A stretch of DNA of 64,000 nt from Oikopleura dioica (lineage: Eukaryota; Animalia; Chordata). A model generated the notes under the pieces. The model did not search any database. It saw only the letters and a program-made list of their open reading frames with translations, and was not told the origin of the DNA. Location: assembly GCA_907165135.1 (NCBI GenBank), contig OU015566.1, forward strand, positions 14,446,001 through 14,510,000, read 5' to 3'. Positions 51,101 to 63,000 of the stretch are shown piece after piece. A program made the position numbers and the translations under genes. Numbering within the stretch: the first letter of the stretch is position 1; each line of letters begins with the position of its first letter.

Positions 51101-51827
51101 ACCAAAGAAAAGAGTGCGAAACTGAGGCATGACGAACCAACGTGCAGCAAGAATTTAACACCTCCAGCGATGCCACCAGATGCTGATCTTTCTAGCTTCT
51201 TGGACTCGAGCGAGGATGAGGAAGTTCCTCGACCGCAAAGTCGTCCTCGGAGAAGTAATAGATCGCCAACAGCTAGCATGCCGAAGCTCACCAAATCACG
51301 ATCACCAGAGAAGTCACCATCGCCATCTAAATCAAAAAAGAAGCCGATTTCGATGAAGAAAAATGCTGTAAAAACCAGACGACGGAATCCGAGGCCAGAA
51401 TCTATTGCTTCGAATCAACGAGAAGAGGTAACGATTTGTAATCATGAAAAAGTACTCTAACTTCACTTTAGTCTGACGAGTCAAGCCGACCAGCTACGCG
51501 GGCAGCGTCAAGCCGAAAAGCTTCGCGGGCAGCATCAAGCCAAATTACAAAAATTTGTGCGAATAAAGAATTTGCCCCAGTCGTGCAGGACTCAAAAAGA
51601 AAGAATTGGACAGATGTAAGCTCTTTATAAATGATTTATATCTTTAATTGTTATAAATTTAGGACGAGGACGCCAAGCTGATTGAGGGCCTCAATCAATA
51701 CGGAAAAGACTGGAAAACGATCGAGAAAAAGTTTTTCCGTAGATCGAAGAGGACCAACGTCCAACTCAAAGACAGACACCGTGTGCTTCTCGATAAAGGC
51801 GACCCACGGGTGAAGGAAAAATACTAA
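48142..51827 (+). CDS. Large disordered protein with a PDZ domain and a C-terminal TRF-like telobox Myb domain (paralogue B, ~1,150 aa, 5 coding exons)
   Basis: Canonical GT-AG splicing keeps the frame from ATG 48142 through a 2.8-kb stop-free exon to TAA 51825-51827. PDZ: GRIGFRL..GIYINGIIPGSAADKAGLRVGDTLICFNG. Myb: KRKNWTD|DEDAKLIEGLNQYGKDWKTIEKKFFRRSKRTNVQLKDRHRVLLDK. Confidence 0.85.
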
Positions 51828-52124
51828 ACCCCTTTCCTTCTTCTTCACTGTATATAATTCACCTTTTGACTTATCACCTCACTTTTAAACTCTTTATTCA
51901 CTGCCTTTGTCGCCTTACTATGATTATAAATTAACGTTTTTTCGATTTTAGGTTGAATCAGATTGAGAGCGCACTCGAGCTGCCAAAAATTACATCAAGG
52001 ATGAAAGAAGATATTCTTGAATTGGAAGAATCGAATCCAAAATGGCGAGCACGATCACAACTCCTATAACGGCGAAAATGGCGAAAACTACGAAAACAAG
52101 ACGAAGCAGAACAAAAGCGTCAAA

Positions 52125-53451
52125 ATGGTCAAGGGGCGCAATACTGTCGACTTCAAGCCGAGCTACAGGCCGCCAGATCTCCGATTGGTCCTAGAATCCG
52201 TTCCTGAAACCACTCTCAGTGCCAAACACAGAGCCATCATAGAAAAGTCCCTTGACGAACCAGTCACAACGACACCTCCTAAGTCAAAAACAAAGTCAGC
52301 TGGTCCTAAATCGCCGAAGAAAAGCGGCGCTATCTGCGGAAAAGCCGAGAGCTCGTCTTGCTTCCTCCTCCGATTACCTACCTACATTATGTATTTCCTT
52401 CTCTTCACAAGTCTAAGCTCACAGTTTGAGTGTACTCGGCCTATTTATAATCAACACTTCAAGGTAAGGTCGCTGATTTCTCAGTGAAAAACAATCTTTT
52501 GCAGCATTATTACGACGTCTACGTCATTCCAAAATACAACGAATACGTCGACCCACATGTACAAGAATTCGTCATCCCTGCGTATAAACAATACGGAGAG
52601 CCACAAATTGCTCAGCTCCAGAAGCTCTACGCTGCGCACGGCCAACCTCAACTTGAAAAGCTAATAAAGCTCTACGATGCTCATTTGAAAGACCACGTCG
52701 ATAAAACGATCACGAGTCTGAATGAGCAAGTCCAAACTCATGTCGTGCCAACTGTCCAAAATGTTCAAAAGGAACTCGAGCCATTTTTCAACAACGCTGT
52801 CAAAAATGGAACAGTCTTGGTCAAGCAACTTCGAGAACAAGTAAAATCAGCAGAAAAGGCTATTTTTAACCTTTACTAGGCTAATGTTCTCGCTGAAAAC
52901 TGGGGTGTAGTTTGCGAACAAGGAATCGCTGACATGCGAGTTCAAATCGACAAGTACAGTGCTCTTGCTCGTGATGAGACGCTCAAGGGACTCGCTAAAG
53001 TTCAACGCGCTAGTAAAGAATACGCTAATGCCGCTCTCGTCAATACCGGTCAGTTCTCTTCTTATACTCTTTTCTTATTGAAATCATAGAGGAGTATCGA
53101 CAACAAGCATCCGTCAAGTTTGCTGAAGTCCAATCTATTGTATATGAAAGAGTTGAAACAACTATTGCTATCATCCAAAAACAGCTTCCAATCATTCACG
53201 AGTTCCTGCTCGAGTACAACATCGACAAGATCTTCTCTAACATCTTCGAGGGTATCGGTCGATCAATTGTCTGGACAGGAGATCTCATTGGAAAAGTCGC
53301 TGCTGGCAGATTCTGCTGCGCCCAGGTTTACCAGCTGATTTTCTCCCTCGTTTTAAGCTATTTCTAGAGCCAAATCGCCCGACTTGGAAACGACATCTAC
53401 GAGTTCGGGCTTCTTGCATACAAGCAAGTTCAAAATCTTATCCAAAATTAG
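52125..53451 (+). CDS. Uncharacterised protein with a hydrophobic segment and long amphipathic helices (apolipoprotein-like); start codon uncertain
   Basis: Five exons splice in frame with GT-AG introns: MVKGRNTVDFKPSY..LPTYIMYFLLFTSLSS..HYYDVYVIPKYNEYVDPHVQEFVIPAYKQY..LAYKQVQNLIQN*. Confidence 0.6.
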
Positions 53452-53682
53452 TTAGATTTTTTCTGAATTTATTTAAAATTGAAAACTGCTGTCCATTTAC
53501 CATTTAGTGCAATACCTACTGTGAATTCAACTTGATTCTATTACTACTAGCTAAAGCAAAACCTTACTGTCGCAAGTTCATTTCTGTAGTTCAATTAAAC
53601 AAAAAAAGCGACCGCTTGAAAATCCCGCTAAATTTCTATGTGTTCAAGTGTATGAAAACATCCATTCAGCGAAGTCAAAAAA

Positions 53683-55350
53683 ATGTCGGACCATGAATCT
53701 GATAAGGAGGAACTGCCAGGACTTGGAAAAAGAGATCTTGTAGAAAGGTGTGTTAGGCAGTAAATAAAGTATTCATATAGGCACTTTCTAGCGCTGAGCC
53801 TCCAGTGAAAAAGCGTCGAAAGAAGAAGAAGCGAGGGCGGGTCCTTACAGTGGACGATATGCCGCGAAAAGTTCGGGAGGAATTCCGAACCGATCAAAAA
53901 GCTGAAAAATTCTTGCGCCTTCTGGGTGGCCTCAAGCCCGAAAACGTACACGCAAATCTTACCTGGATGCGACGATGCAAAACTGGTAAATTTGCGGAGA
54001 TGATGGAGTCTGAGCTTTGGGATCATTTCCTTTCCTGCTTTCATCGAAATTACATGTTTGGCAGAAAAGGTGGTTTCGGATTTGAGAAAAACTGCCATCG
54101 AAGGACCAGCTTGCCTGGCTCGAAATGAAGCAGTGGGAACAAGACTCCGATGACGAAGAGTTGCTCGAACTCCCTAGCGGCTGGATGGAGCGCGACGAAG
54201 AGCCTGAGGAGTACATGAAGGTCACCAATGGACGAGTCGAGTTTAGCGGCAAAACGTATATCAAAGTGTCAGTGATGTACGGAGGCGGTTCTCAGCTGGA
54301 CCCGAGAGACGCGATTTGCGATCCAACGCCCATGTCCGAAATTGAAGCCCAAATCGCCGCAGAAGAAGCTGAAGATACTGACGATGATCTTAAAAATCCA
54401 GATCAGCCAAAAGTAAGGCTTTCTTTGATTCCATTCTCAAGCATTTAAAGCCTATGCCAATGACCGCCGAAGAACAAGAAGCGGCTCGTCTCGCAAAACA
54501 GGCGAAACTCGAAGAAGAAATCCGCGAAAAAGAAGAAGAAATTACCACTGCCAAGCTCGCCGCGGAAACGATGTATCGAGGAATGGGTGTCGAGCCTGGC
54601 GAGGAAAATTCACGATCCCGACGACGTCAGGAAATCCACTGGGACTACGATCACAAGGTAAAATCAAGATTTAAAATTACTCTAATCTCTGTACTCAGGC
54701 GGAACCGGATCTGAAAGTGGGATCTGGCGGCGTTAATAAATTCATATCGGACTCGTATGGATATGGAGGTTACCGTGAATCTGAAATGGCACGTGATCAG
54801 TGGAAAGATCTATCTTACGATCAGACGCATGGGCAGGGGGCCAGCAAATACAGAAAATCAGCCTACGATAATTGGGATCAAGACTTCGAGCAAAAATACG
54901 TAAGAAATCACAATCCCTCTTCGTTTTATTCAGAAATGATTCTAGAAATGGGAGGATTTCGCAACCAAATGGGCGATCAAACGAAAAGAAATGAAATTCT
55001 ACAACAGGTTTATTTTTCTTTTCCAAAAATCTTACTCAAGATCATTCAGACAACACCACAAATACGAGGACATCACAGACACCCGAAAACAGTTCCTCGA
55101 AAAAGAGGATAAGAGATTCAACGAAAAACGAGTCCAAGCTGACGTTTCTTACTGGGCACAAGCAGCTGCTCAGGCCTCAATGGCCGTCCTCGCAGGAAGC
55201 AAAGATGGCAAAATCGATCTCCAGAATGCACCGTGGATGAAACAGCCTGCCCCTGCCCCCTCCAATGAGGATCCAAGAAAAAGATGTCGTATTAACTTTT
55301 CCCACAAGAAATTGTCTGTATTCCCTGTTCACAAATCCACTACCTTCAAA
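53683..55350 (+). CDS. Uncharacterised multi-exon acidic/charged protein; probable 1-bp homopolymer frameshift at 54087-54091
   Basis: MSDHESDKEELPGLGKRDLVES|AEPPVKKRRKKKKRG (NLS-like).. followed by several in-frame exons with GT-AG introns. No family recognised. Confidence 0.55.
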
Positions 55351-55393
55351 ATTTAACGGTCTATTGAAAATATCCAAACTTGATTATCAAAGA

Positions 55394-56240
55394 ATGACAA
55401 CAGAAGTCGAAAATGGTCAGGAAGCAACGCCTGAGAAGACAGATTCTTCAGTTACCGCGCTGCCAATAGAAAAGAAAGAGGAAGGACCCGACGAAGGTAA
55501 AATTGCACTTTTTTGAGTTCCGTCTAATTGCTTTCAGAGGAGTCAGAAGCAGAAGAAATCGACTCAGACGATGATTTGGACGACGATGTAAATATAATGA
55601 TCGGAGATATCGACGGCGAAGCTGTTATAAACATAAACCCAGTACGTTCTCTTCCTTGATTTCCGACACTATACTGATTTTTCCAGAAAGATGCAAACAG
55701 CGAAGACAAAAAGACAAGACGCCTCAGCAAGCAGAAGTGCTCATTACTTCTTCAAGCGGAAAATTGATCCCAAATCCTGAAAAAGATGCACTCACGGATA
55801 AGCCGTGGCAGAAGCCTGGCGCTGACTTATCAGATTATTTTAATTACGGGTATATAAAATATATACTCTCAATCCATTCATAATTTATTCATTCAGATTT
55901 GAAGAAACCTCATGGAGAAAGTACTCGGAGAAGCAGAGAACGCTCAGAGATCGAGCTTTGCTCCTACTGCGGACAAGGACGAACATCGCTCAATTTGCGC
56001 CACCTGGAATGCCATTCCTTCCAATGGGACCATCGCCTATCAAATCTGAAAACTTCAACAGATCTAACCCGCCTCCAGTTATCAGCTCCAACGGCAGTGT
56101 ACCAGTAAGTGCCAGCATGGGCGACCGCAGAGGACCACCAGGTAGGCAGTACACCAGGAAGCAAGCAAATTAACGTCATAATTCTAGATATCAAATAAGA
56201 CAATGACAGTGGCCCACCGCCGCACCTCATGCCTAGGCTT
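55394..56240 (+). CDS. FIP1L1: Pre-mRNA 3'-end processing factor FIP1; 3' end uncertain; probable homopolymer frameshift at 55708-55712
   Basis: Fip1 motif [18 protein letters not shown]|[17 protein letters not shown], acidic N-terminus [17 protein letters not shown], Pro-rich tail. Confidence 0.88.
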
Positions 56241-56855
56241 ACCGCGGTGTTTTTCGATTTTCAAGGTTCCTTTGAAAAATCTCCCCATACTTTCAGAACC
56301 TATGCATCAAGACAAGCCTTGAAAAACTGCACTTGCAGAATTTTCGATATGAGTCATCTTACCTCTTTTTTTGGGGGATTTTTAGCAAGAAAAAAAGCAC
56401 TAGTTTGATTAGAAGCGGCTTTTGAGTGCGTGCTAGATCGATTTTGATTATTTGATGCCTACCATGTGAAAGATAAGCGCAAGACGCATCGATACATATG
56501 AAATTGCGGAGTGCTTCCTTCATATGATTCTAGAGCTTCAAAGTTGACGCAAGCAGCCAGATACGAAAATCCAATATTATCAACTTCTGATATAAGCATG
56601 CTATGATGATGTTTTATAGCTCAAATTGAAGCTTATGAATTACTGAACAAAATGAAATGGTATTTTTTGACCAGCCGGTTGTGCTTCCGGTTCGTCGCGG
56701 TTCATGCCCGGAAATAGGTCAAATTGTAGAAATATGTATATCAAATGAATTCATTTTCAACAGTAAATCTTTTAAACATATTCAGAAGTTCAACCAACCG
56801 GTTATTCTTGCGGTTCATGGTGGTTCATGGTGGTTCAAGCGCAGAAATGAACAAA

Positions 56856-57040
56856 CCGTTTACACAATCCAGTCTGCGACGGGGCCAAGCCGATCCAAAG
56901 GGGAGGCAAGGCCCGTTTACACAATCCAGTCTGCGACGGGGCCAAGCCGATCCAAAGGGGAGGCAAGGCCCGTTTACACAATCCAGTCTGCGACGGGGCA
57001 AAGCCAACCCGAAGGGGAGGCCAGGCCCGTTTACACAATT
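56856..57040. repeat. 57-bp tandem repeat, 3 copies plus a partial copy
   Basis: Unit CCGTTTACACAATCCAGTCTGCGACGGGGCCAAGCCGATCCAAAGGGGAGGCAAGGC; copies 1 and 2 identical, copy 3 variant. Confidence 0.95.
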
Positions 57041-57061
57041 CTGTAAACGCCCGGCTTGGCC

Positions 57062-60000
57062 CCGGTTTCTGCCGGTTTGTCATTAGGGTTACGAATTTGG
57101 ATAAGGTTCAAGATAGTTTGAGAGTGTTTTAGGCCGGTTTCTGCCGGTTTGTCATTAGGGTTACGAATTTGGATAAGGTTCAAGATAGTTTGAGAGTGTT
57201 TTAGGCCGGTTTCTGCCGGTTTGTCATTAGGGTTACGAATTTGGATAAGGTTCAAGATAGTTTGAGAGTGTTTTAGGCCGGTTTCTGCCGGTTTGTCATT
57301 AGGGTTACGAATTTGGATAAGGTTCAAGATAGTTTGAGAGTGTTTTAGGCCGGTTTCTGCCGGTTTGTCATTAGGGTTACGAATTTGGATAAGGTTCAAG
57401 ATAGTTTGAGAGTGTTTTAGGCCGGTTTCTGCCGGTTTGTCATTAGGGTTACGAATTTGGATAAGGTTCAAGATAGTTTGAGAGTGTTTTAGGCCGGTTT
57501 CTGCCGGTTTGTCATTAGGGTTACGAATTTGGATAAGGTTCAAGATAGTTTGAGAGTGTTTTAGGCCGGTTTCTGCCGGTTTGTCATTAGGGTTACGAAT
57601 TTGGATAAGGTTCAAGATAGTTTGAGAGTGTTTTAGGCCGGTTTCTGCCGGTTTGTCATTAGGGTTACGAATTTGGATAAGGTTCAAGATAGTTTGAGAG
57701 TGTTTTAGGCCGGTTTCTGCCGGTTTGTCATTAGGGTTACGAATTTGGATAAGGTTCAAGATAGTTTGAGAGTGTTTTAGGCCGGTTTCTGCCGGTTTGT
57801 CATTAGGGTTACGAATTTGGATAAGGTTCAAGATAGTTTGAGAGTGTTTTAGGCCGGTTTCTGCCGGTTTGTCATTAGGGTTACGAATTTGGATAAGGTT
57901 CAAGATAGTTTGAGAGTGTTTTAGGCCGGTTTCTGCCGGTTTGTCATTAGGGTTACGAATTTGGATAAGGTTCAAGATAGTTTGAGAGTGTTTTAGGCCG
58001 GTTTCTGCCGGTTTGTCATTAGGGTTACGAATTTGGATAAGGTTCAAGATAGTTTGAGAGTGTTTTAGGCCGGTTTCTGCCGGTTTGTCATTAGGGTTAC
58101 GAATTTGGATAAGGTTCAAGATAGTTTGAGAGTGTTTTAGGCCGGTTTCTGCCGGTTTGTCATTAGGGTTACGAATTTGGATAAGGTTCAAGATAGTTTG
58201 AGAGTGTTTTAGGCCGGTTTCTGCCGGTTTGTCATTAGGGTTACGAATTTGGATAAGGTTCAAGATAGTTTGAGAGTGTTTTAGGCCGGTTTCTGCCGGT
58301 TTGTCATTAGGGTTACGAATTTGGATAAGGTTCAAGATAGTTTGAGAGTGTTTTAGGCCGGTTTCTGCCGGTTTGTCATTAGGGTTACGAATTTGGATAA
58401 GGTTCAAGATAGTTTGAGAGTGTTTTAGGCCGGTTTCTGCCGGTTTGTCATTAGGGTTACGAATTTGGATAAGGTTCAAGATAGTTTGAGAGTGTTTTAG
58501 GCCGGTTTCTGCCGGTTTGTCATTAGGGTTACGAATTTGGATAAGGTTCAAGATAGTTTGAGAGTGTTTTAGGCCGGTTTCTGCCGGTTTGTCATTAGGG
58601 TTACGAATTTGGATAAGGTTCAAGATAGTTTGAGAGTGTTTTAGGCCGGTTTCTGCCGGTTTGTCATTAGGGTTACGAATTTGGATAAGGTTCAAGATAG
58701 TTTGAGAGTGTTTTAGGCCGGTTTCTGCCGGTTTGTCATTAGGGTTACGAATTTGGATAAGGTTCAAGATAGTTTGAGAGTGTTTTAGGCCGGTTTCTGC
58801 CGGTTTGTCATTAGGGTTACGAATTTGGATAAGGTTCAAGATAGTTTGAGAGTGTTTTAGGCCGGTTTCTGCCGGTTTGTCATTAGGGTTACGAATTTGG
58901 ATAAGGTTCAAGATAGTTTGAGAGTGTTTTAGGCCGGTTTCTGCCGGTTTGTCATTAGGGTTACGAATTTGGATAAGGTTCAAGATAGTTTGAGAGTGTT
59001 TTAGGCCGGTTTCTGCCGGTTTGTCATTAGGGTTACGAATTTGGATAAGGTTCAAGATAGTTTGAGAGTGTTTTAGGCCGGTTTCTGCCGGTTTGTCATT
59101 AGGGTTACGAATTTGGATAAGGTTCAAGATAGTTTGAGAGTGTTTTAGGCCGGTTTCTGCCGGTTTGTCATTAGGGTTACGAATTTGGATAAGGTTCAAG
59201 ATAGTTTGAGAGTGTTTTAGGCCGGTTTCTGCCGGTTTGTCATTAGGGTTACGAATTTGGATAAGGTTCAAGATAGTTTGAGAGTGTTTTAGGCCGGTTT
59301 CTGCCGGTTTGTCATTAGGGTTACGAATTTGGATAAGGTTCAAGATAGTTTGAGAGTGTTTTAGGCCGGTTTCTGCCGGTTTGTCATTAGGGTTACGAAT
59401 TTGGATAAGGTTCAAGATAGTTTGAGAGTGTTTTAGGCCGGTTTCTGCCGGTTTGTCATTAGGGTTACGAATTTGGATAAGGTTCAAGATAGTTTGAGAG
59501 TGTTTTAGGCCGGTTTCTGCCGGTTTGTCATTAGGGTTACGAATTTGGATAAGGTTCAAGATAGTTTGAGAGTGTTTTAGGCCGGTTTCTGCCGGTTTGT
59601 CATTAGGGTTACGAATTTGGATAAGGTTCAAGATAGTTTGAGAGTGTTTTAGGCCGGTTTCTGCCGGTTTGTCATTAGGGTTACGAATTTGGATAAGGTT
59701 CAAGATAGTTTGAGAGTGTTTTAGGCCGGTTTCTGCCGGTTTGTCATTAGGGTTACGAATTTGGATAAGGTTCAAGATAGTTTGAGAGTGTTTTAGGCCG
59801 GTTTCTGCCGGTTTGTCATTAGGGTTACGAATTTGGATAAGGTTCAAGATAGTTTGAGAGTGTTTTAGGCCGGTTTCTGCCGGTTTGTCATTAGGGTTAC
59901 GAATTTGGATAAGGTTCAAGATAGTTTGAGAGTGTTTTAGGCCGGTTTCTGCCGGTTTGTCATTAGGGTTACGAATTTGGATAAGGTTCAAGATAGTTTG

Positions 60001-63000
60001 AGAGTGTTTTAGGCCGGTTTCTGCCGGTTTGTCATTAGGGTTACGAATTTGGATAAGGTTCAAGATAGTTTGAGAGTGTTTTAGGCCGGTTTCTGCCGGT
60101 TTGTCATTAGGGTTACGAATTTGGATAAGGTTCAAGATAGTTTGAGAGTGTTTTAGGCCGGTTTCTGCCGGTTTGTCATTAGGGTTACGAATTTGGATAA
60201 GGTTCAAGATAGTTTGAGAGTGTTTTAGGCCGGTTTCTGCCGGTTTGTCATTAGGGTTACGAATTTGGATAAGGTTCAAGATAGTTTGAGAGTGTTTTAG
60301 GCCGGTTTCTGCCGGTTTGTCATTAGGGTTACGAATTTGGATAAGGTTCAAGATAGTTTGAGAGTGTTTTAGGCCGGTTTCTGCCGGTTTGTCATTAGGG
60401 TTACGAATTTGGATAAGGTTCAAGATAGTTTGAGAGTGTTTTAGGCCGGTTTCTGCCGGTTTGTCATTAGGGTTACGAATTTGGATAAGGTTCAAGATAG
60501 TTTGAGAGTGTTTTAGGCCGGTTTCTGCCGGTTTGTCATTAGGGTTACGAATTTGGATAAGGTTCAAGATAGTTTGAGAGTGTTTTAGGCCGGTTTCTGC
60601 CGGTTTGTCATTAGGGTTACGAATTTGGATAAGGTTCAAGATAGTTTGAGAGTGTTTTAGGCCGGTTTCTGCCGGTTTGTCATTAGGGTTACGAATTTGG
60701 ATAAGGTTCAAGATAGTTTGAGAGTGTTTTAGGCCGGTTTCTGCCGGTTTGTCATTAGGGTTACGAATTTGGATAAGGTTCAAGATAGTTTGAGAGTGTT
60801 TTAGGCCGGTTTCTGCCGGTTTGTCATTAGGGTTACGAATTTGGATAAGGTTCAAGATAGTTTGAGAGTGTTTTAGGCCGGTTTCTGCCGGTTTGTCATT
60901 AGGGTTACGAATTTGGATAAGGTTCAAGATAGTTTGAGAGTGTTTTAGGCCGGTTTCTGCCGGTTTGTCATTAGGGTTACGAATTTGGATAAGGTTCAAG
61001 ATAGTTTGAGAGTGTTTTAGGCCGGTTTCTGCCGGTTTGTCATTAGGGTTACGAATTTGGATAAGGTTCAAGATAGTTTGAGAGTGTTTTAGGCCGGTTT
61101 CTGCCGGTTTGTCATTAGGGTTACGAATTTGGATAAGGTTCAAGATAGTTTGAGAGTGTTTTAGGCCGGTTTCTGCCGGTTTGTCATTAGGGTTACGAAT
61201 TTGGATAAGGTTCAAGATAGTTTGAGAGTGTTTTAGGCCGGTTTCTGCCGGTTTGTCATTAGGGTTACGAATTTGGATAAGGTTCAAGATAGTTTGAGAG
61301 TGTTTTAGGCCGGTTTCTGCCGGTTTGTCATTAGGGTTACGAATTTGGATAAGGTTCAAGATAGTTTGAGAGTGTTTTAGGCCGGTTTCTGCCGGTTTGT
61401 CATTAGGGTTACGAATTTGGATAAGGTTCAAGATAGTTTGAGAGTGTTTTAGGCCGGTTTCTGCCGGTTTGTCATTAGGGTTACGAATTTGGATAAGGTT
61501 CAAGATAGTTTGAGAGTGTTTTAGGCCGGTTTCTGCCGGTTTGTCATTAGGGTTACGAATTTGGATAAGGTTCAAGATAGTTTGAGAGTGTTTTAGGCCG
61601 GTTTCTGCCGGTTTGTCATTAGGGTTACGAATTTGGATAAGGTTCAAGATAGTTTGAGAGTGTTTTAGGCCGGTTTCTGCCGGTTTGTCATTAGGGTTAC
61701 GAATTTGGATAAGGTTCAAGATAGTTTGAGAGTGTTTTAGGCCGGTTTCTGCCGGTTTGTCATTAGGGTTACGAATTTGGATAAGGTTCAAGATAGTTTG
61801 AGAGTGTTTTAGGCCGGTTTCTGCCGGTTTGTCATTAGGGTTACGAATTTGGATAAGGTTCAAGATAGTTTGAGAGTGTTTTAGGCCGGTTTCTGCCGGT
61901 TTGTCATTAGGGTTACGAATTTGGATAAGGTTCAAGATAGTTTGAGAGTGTTTTAGGCCGGTTTCTGCCGGTTTGTCATTAGGGTTACGAATTTGGATAA
62001 GGTTCAAGATAGTTTGAGAGTGTTTTAGGCCGGTTTCTGCCGGTTTGTCATTAGGGTTACGAATTTGGATAAGGTTCAAGATAGTTTGAGAGTGTTTTAG
62101 GCCGGTTTCTGCCGGTTTGTCATTAGGGTTACGAATTTGGATAAGGTTCAAGATAGTTTGAGAGTGTTTTAGGCCGGTTTCTGCCGGTTTGTCATTAGGG
62201 TTACGAATTTGGATAAGGTTCAAGATAGTTTGAGAGTGTTTTAGGCCGGTTTCTGCCGGTTTGTCATTAGGGTTACGAATTTGGATAAGGTTCAAGATAG
62301 TTTGAGAGTGTTTTAGGCCGGTTTCTGCCGGTTTGTCATTAGGGTTACGAATTTGGATAAGGTTCAAGATAGTTTGAGAGTGTTTTAGGCCGGTTTCTGC
62401 CGGTTTGTCATTAGGGTTACGAATTTGGATAAGGTTCAAGATAGTTTGAGAGTGTTTTAGGCCGGTTTCTGCCGGTTTGTCATTAGGGTTACGAATTTGG
62501 ATAAGGTTCAAGATAGTTTGAGAGTGTTTTAGGCCGGTTTCTGCCGGTTTGTCATTAGGGTTACGAATTTGGATAAGGTTCAAGATAGTTTGAGAGTGTT
62601 TTAGGCCGGTTTCTGCCGGTTTGTCATTAGGGTTACGAATTTGGATAAGGTTCAAGATAGTTTGAGAGTGTTTTAGGCCGGTTTCTGCCGGTTTGTCATT
62701 AGGGTTACGAATTTGGATAAGGTTCAAGATAGTTTGAGAGTGTTTTAGGCCGGTTTCTGCCGGTTTGTCATTAGGGTTACGAATTTGGATAAGGTTCAAG
62801 ATAGTTTGAGAGTGTTTTAGGCCGGTTTCTGCCGGTTTGTCATTAGGGTTACGAATTTGGATAAGGTTCAAGATAGTTTGAGAGTGTTTTAGGCCGGTTT
62901 CTGCCGGTTTGTCATTAGGGTTACGAATTTGGATAAGGTTCAAGATAGTTTGAGAGTGTTTTAGGCCGGTTTCTGCCGGTTTGTCATTAGGGTTACGAAT

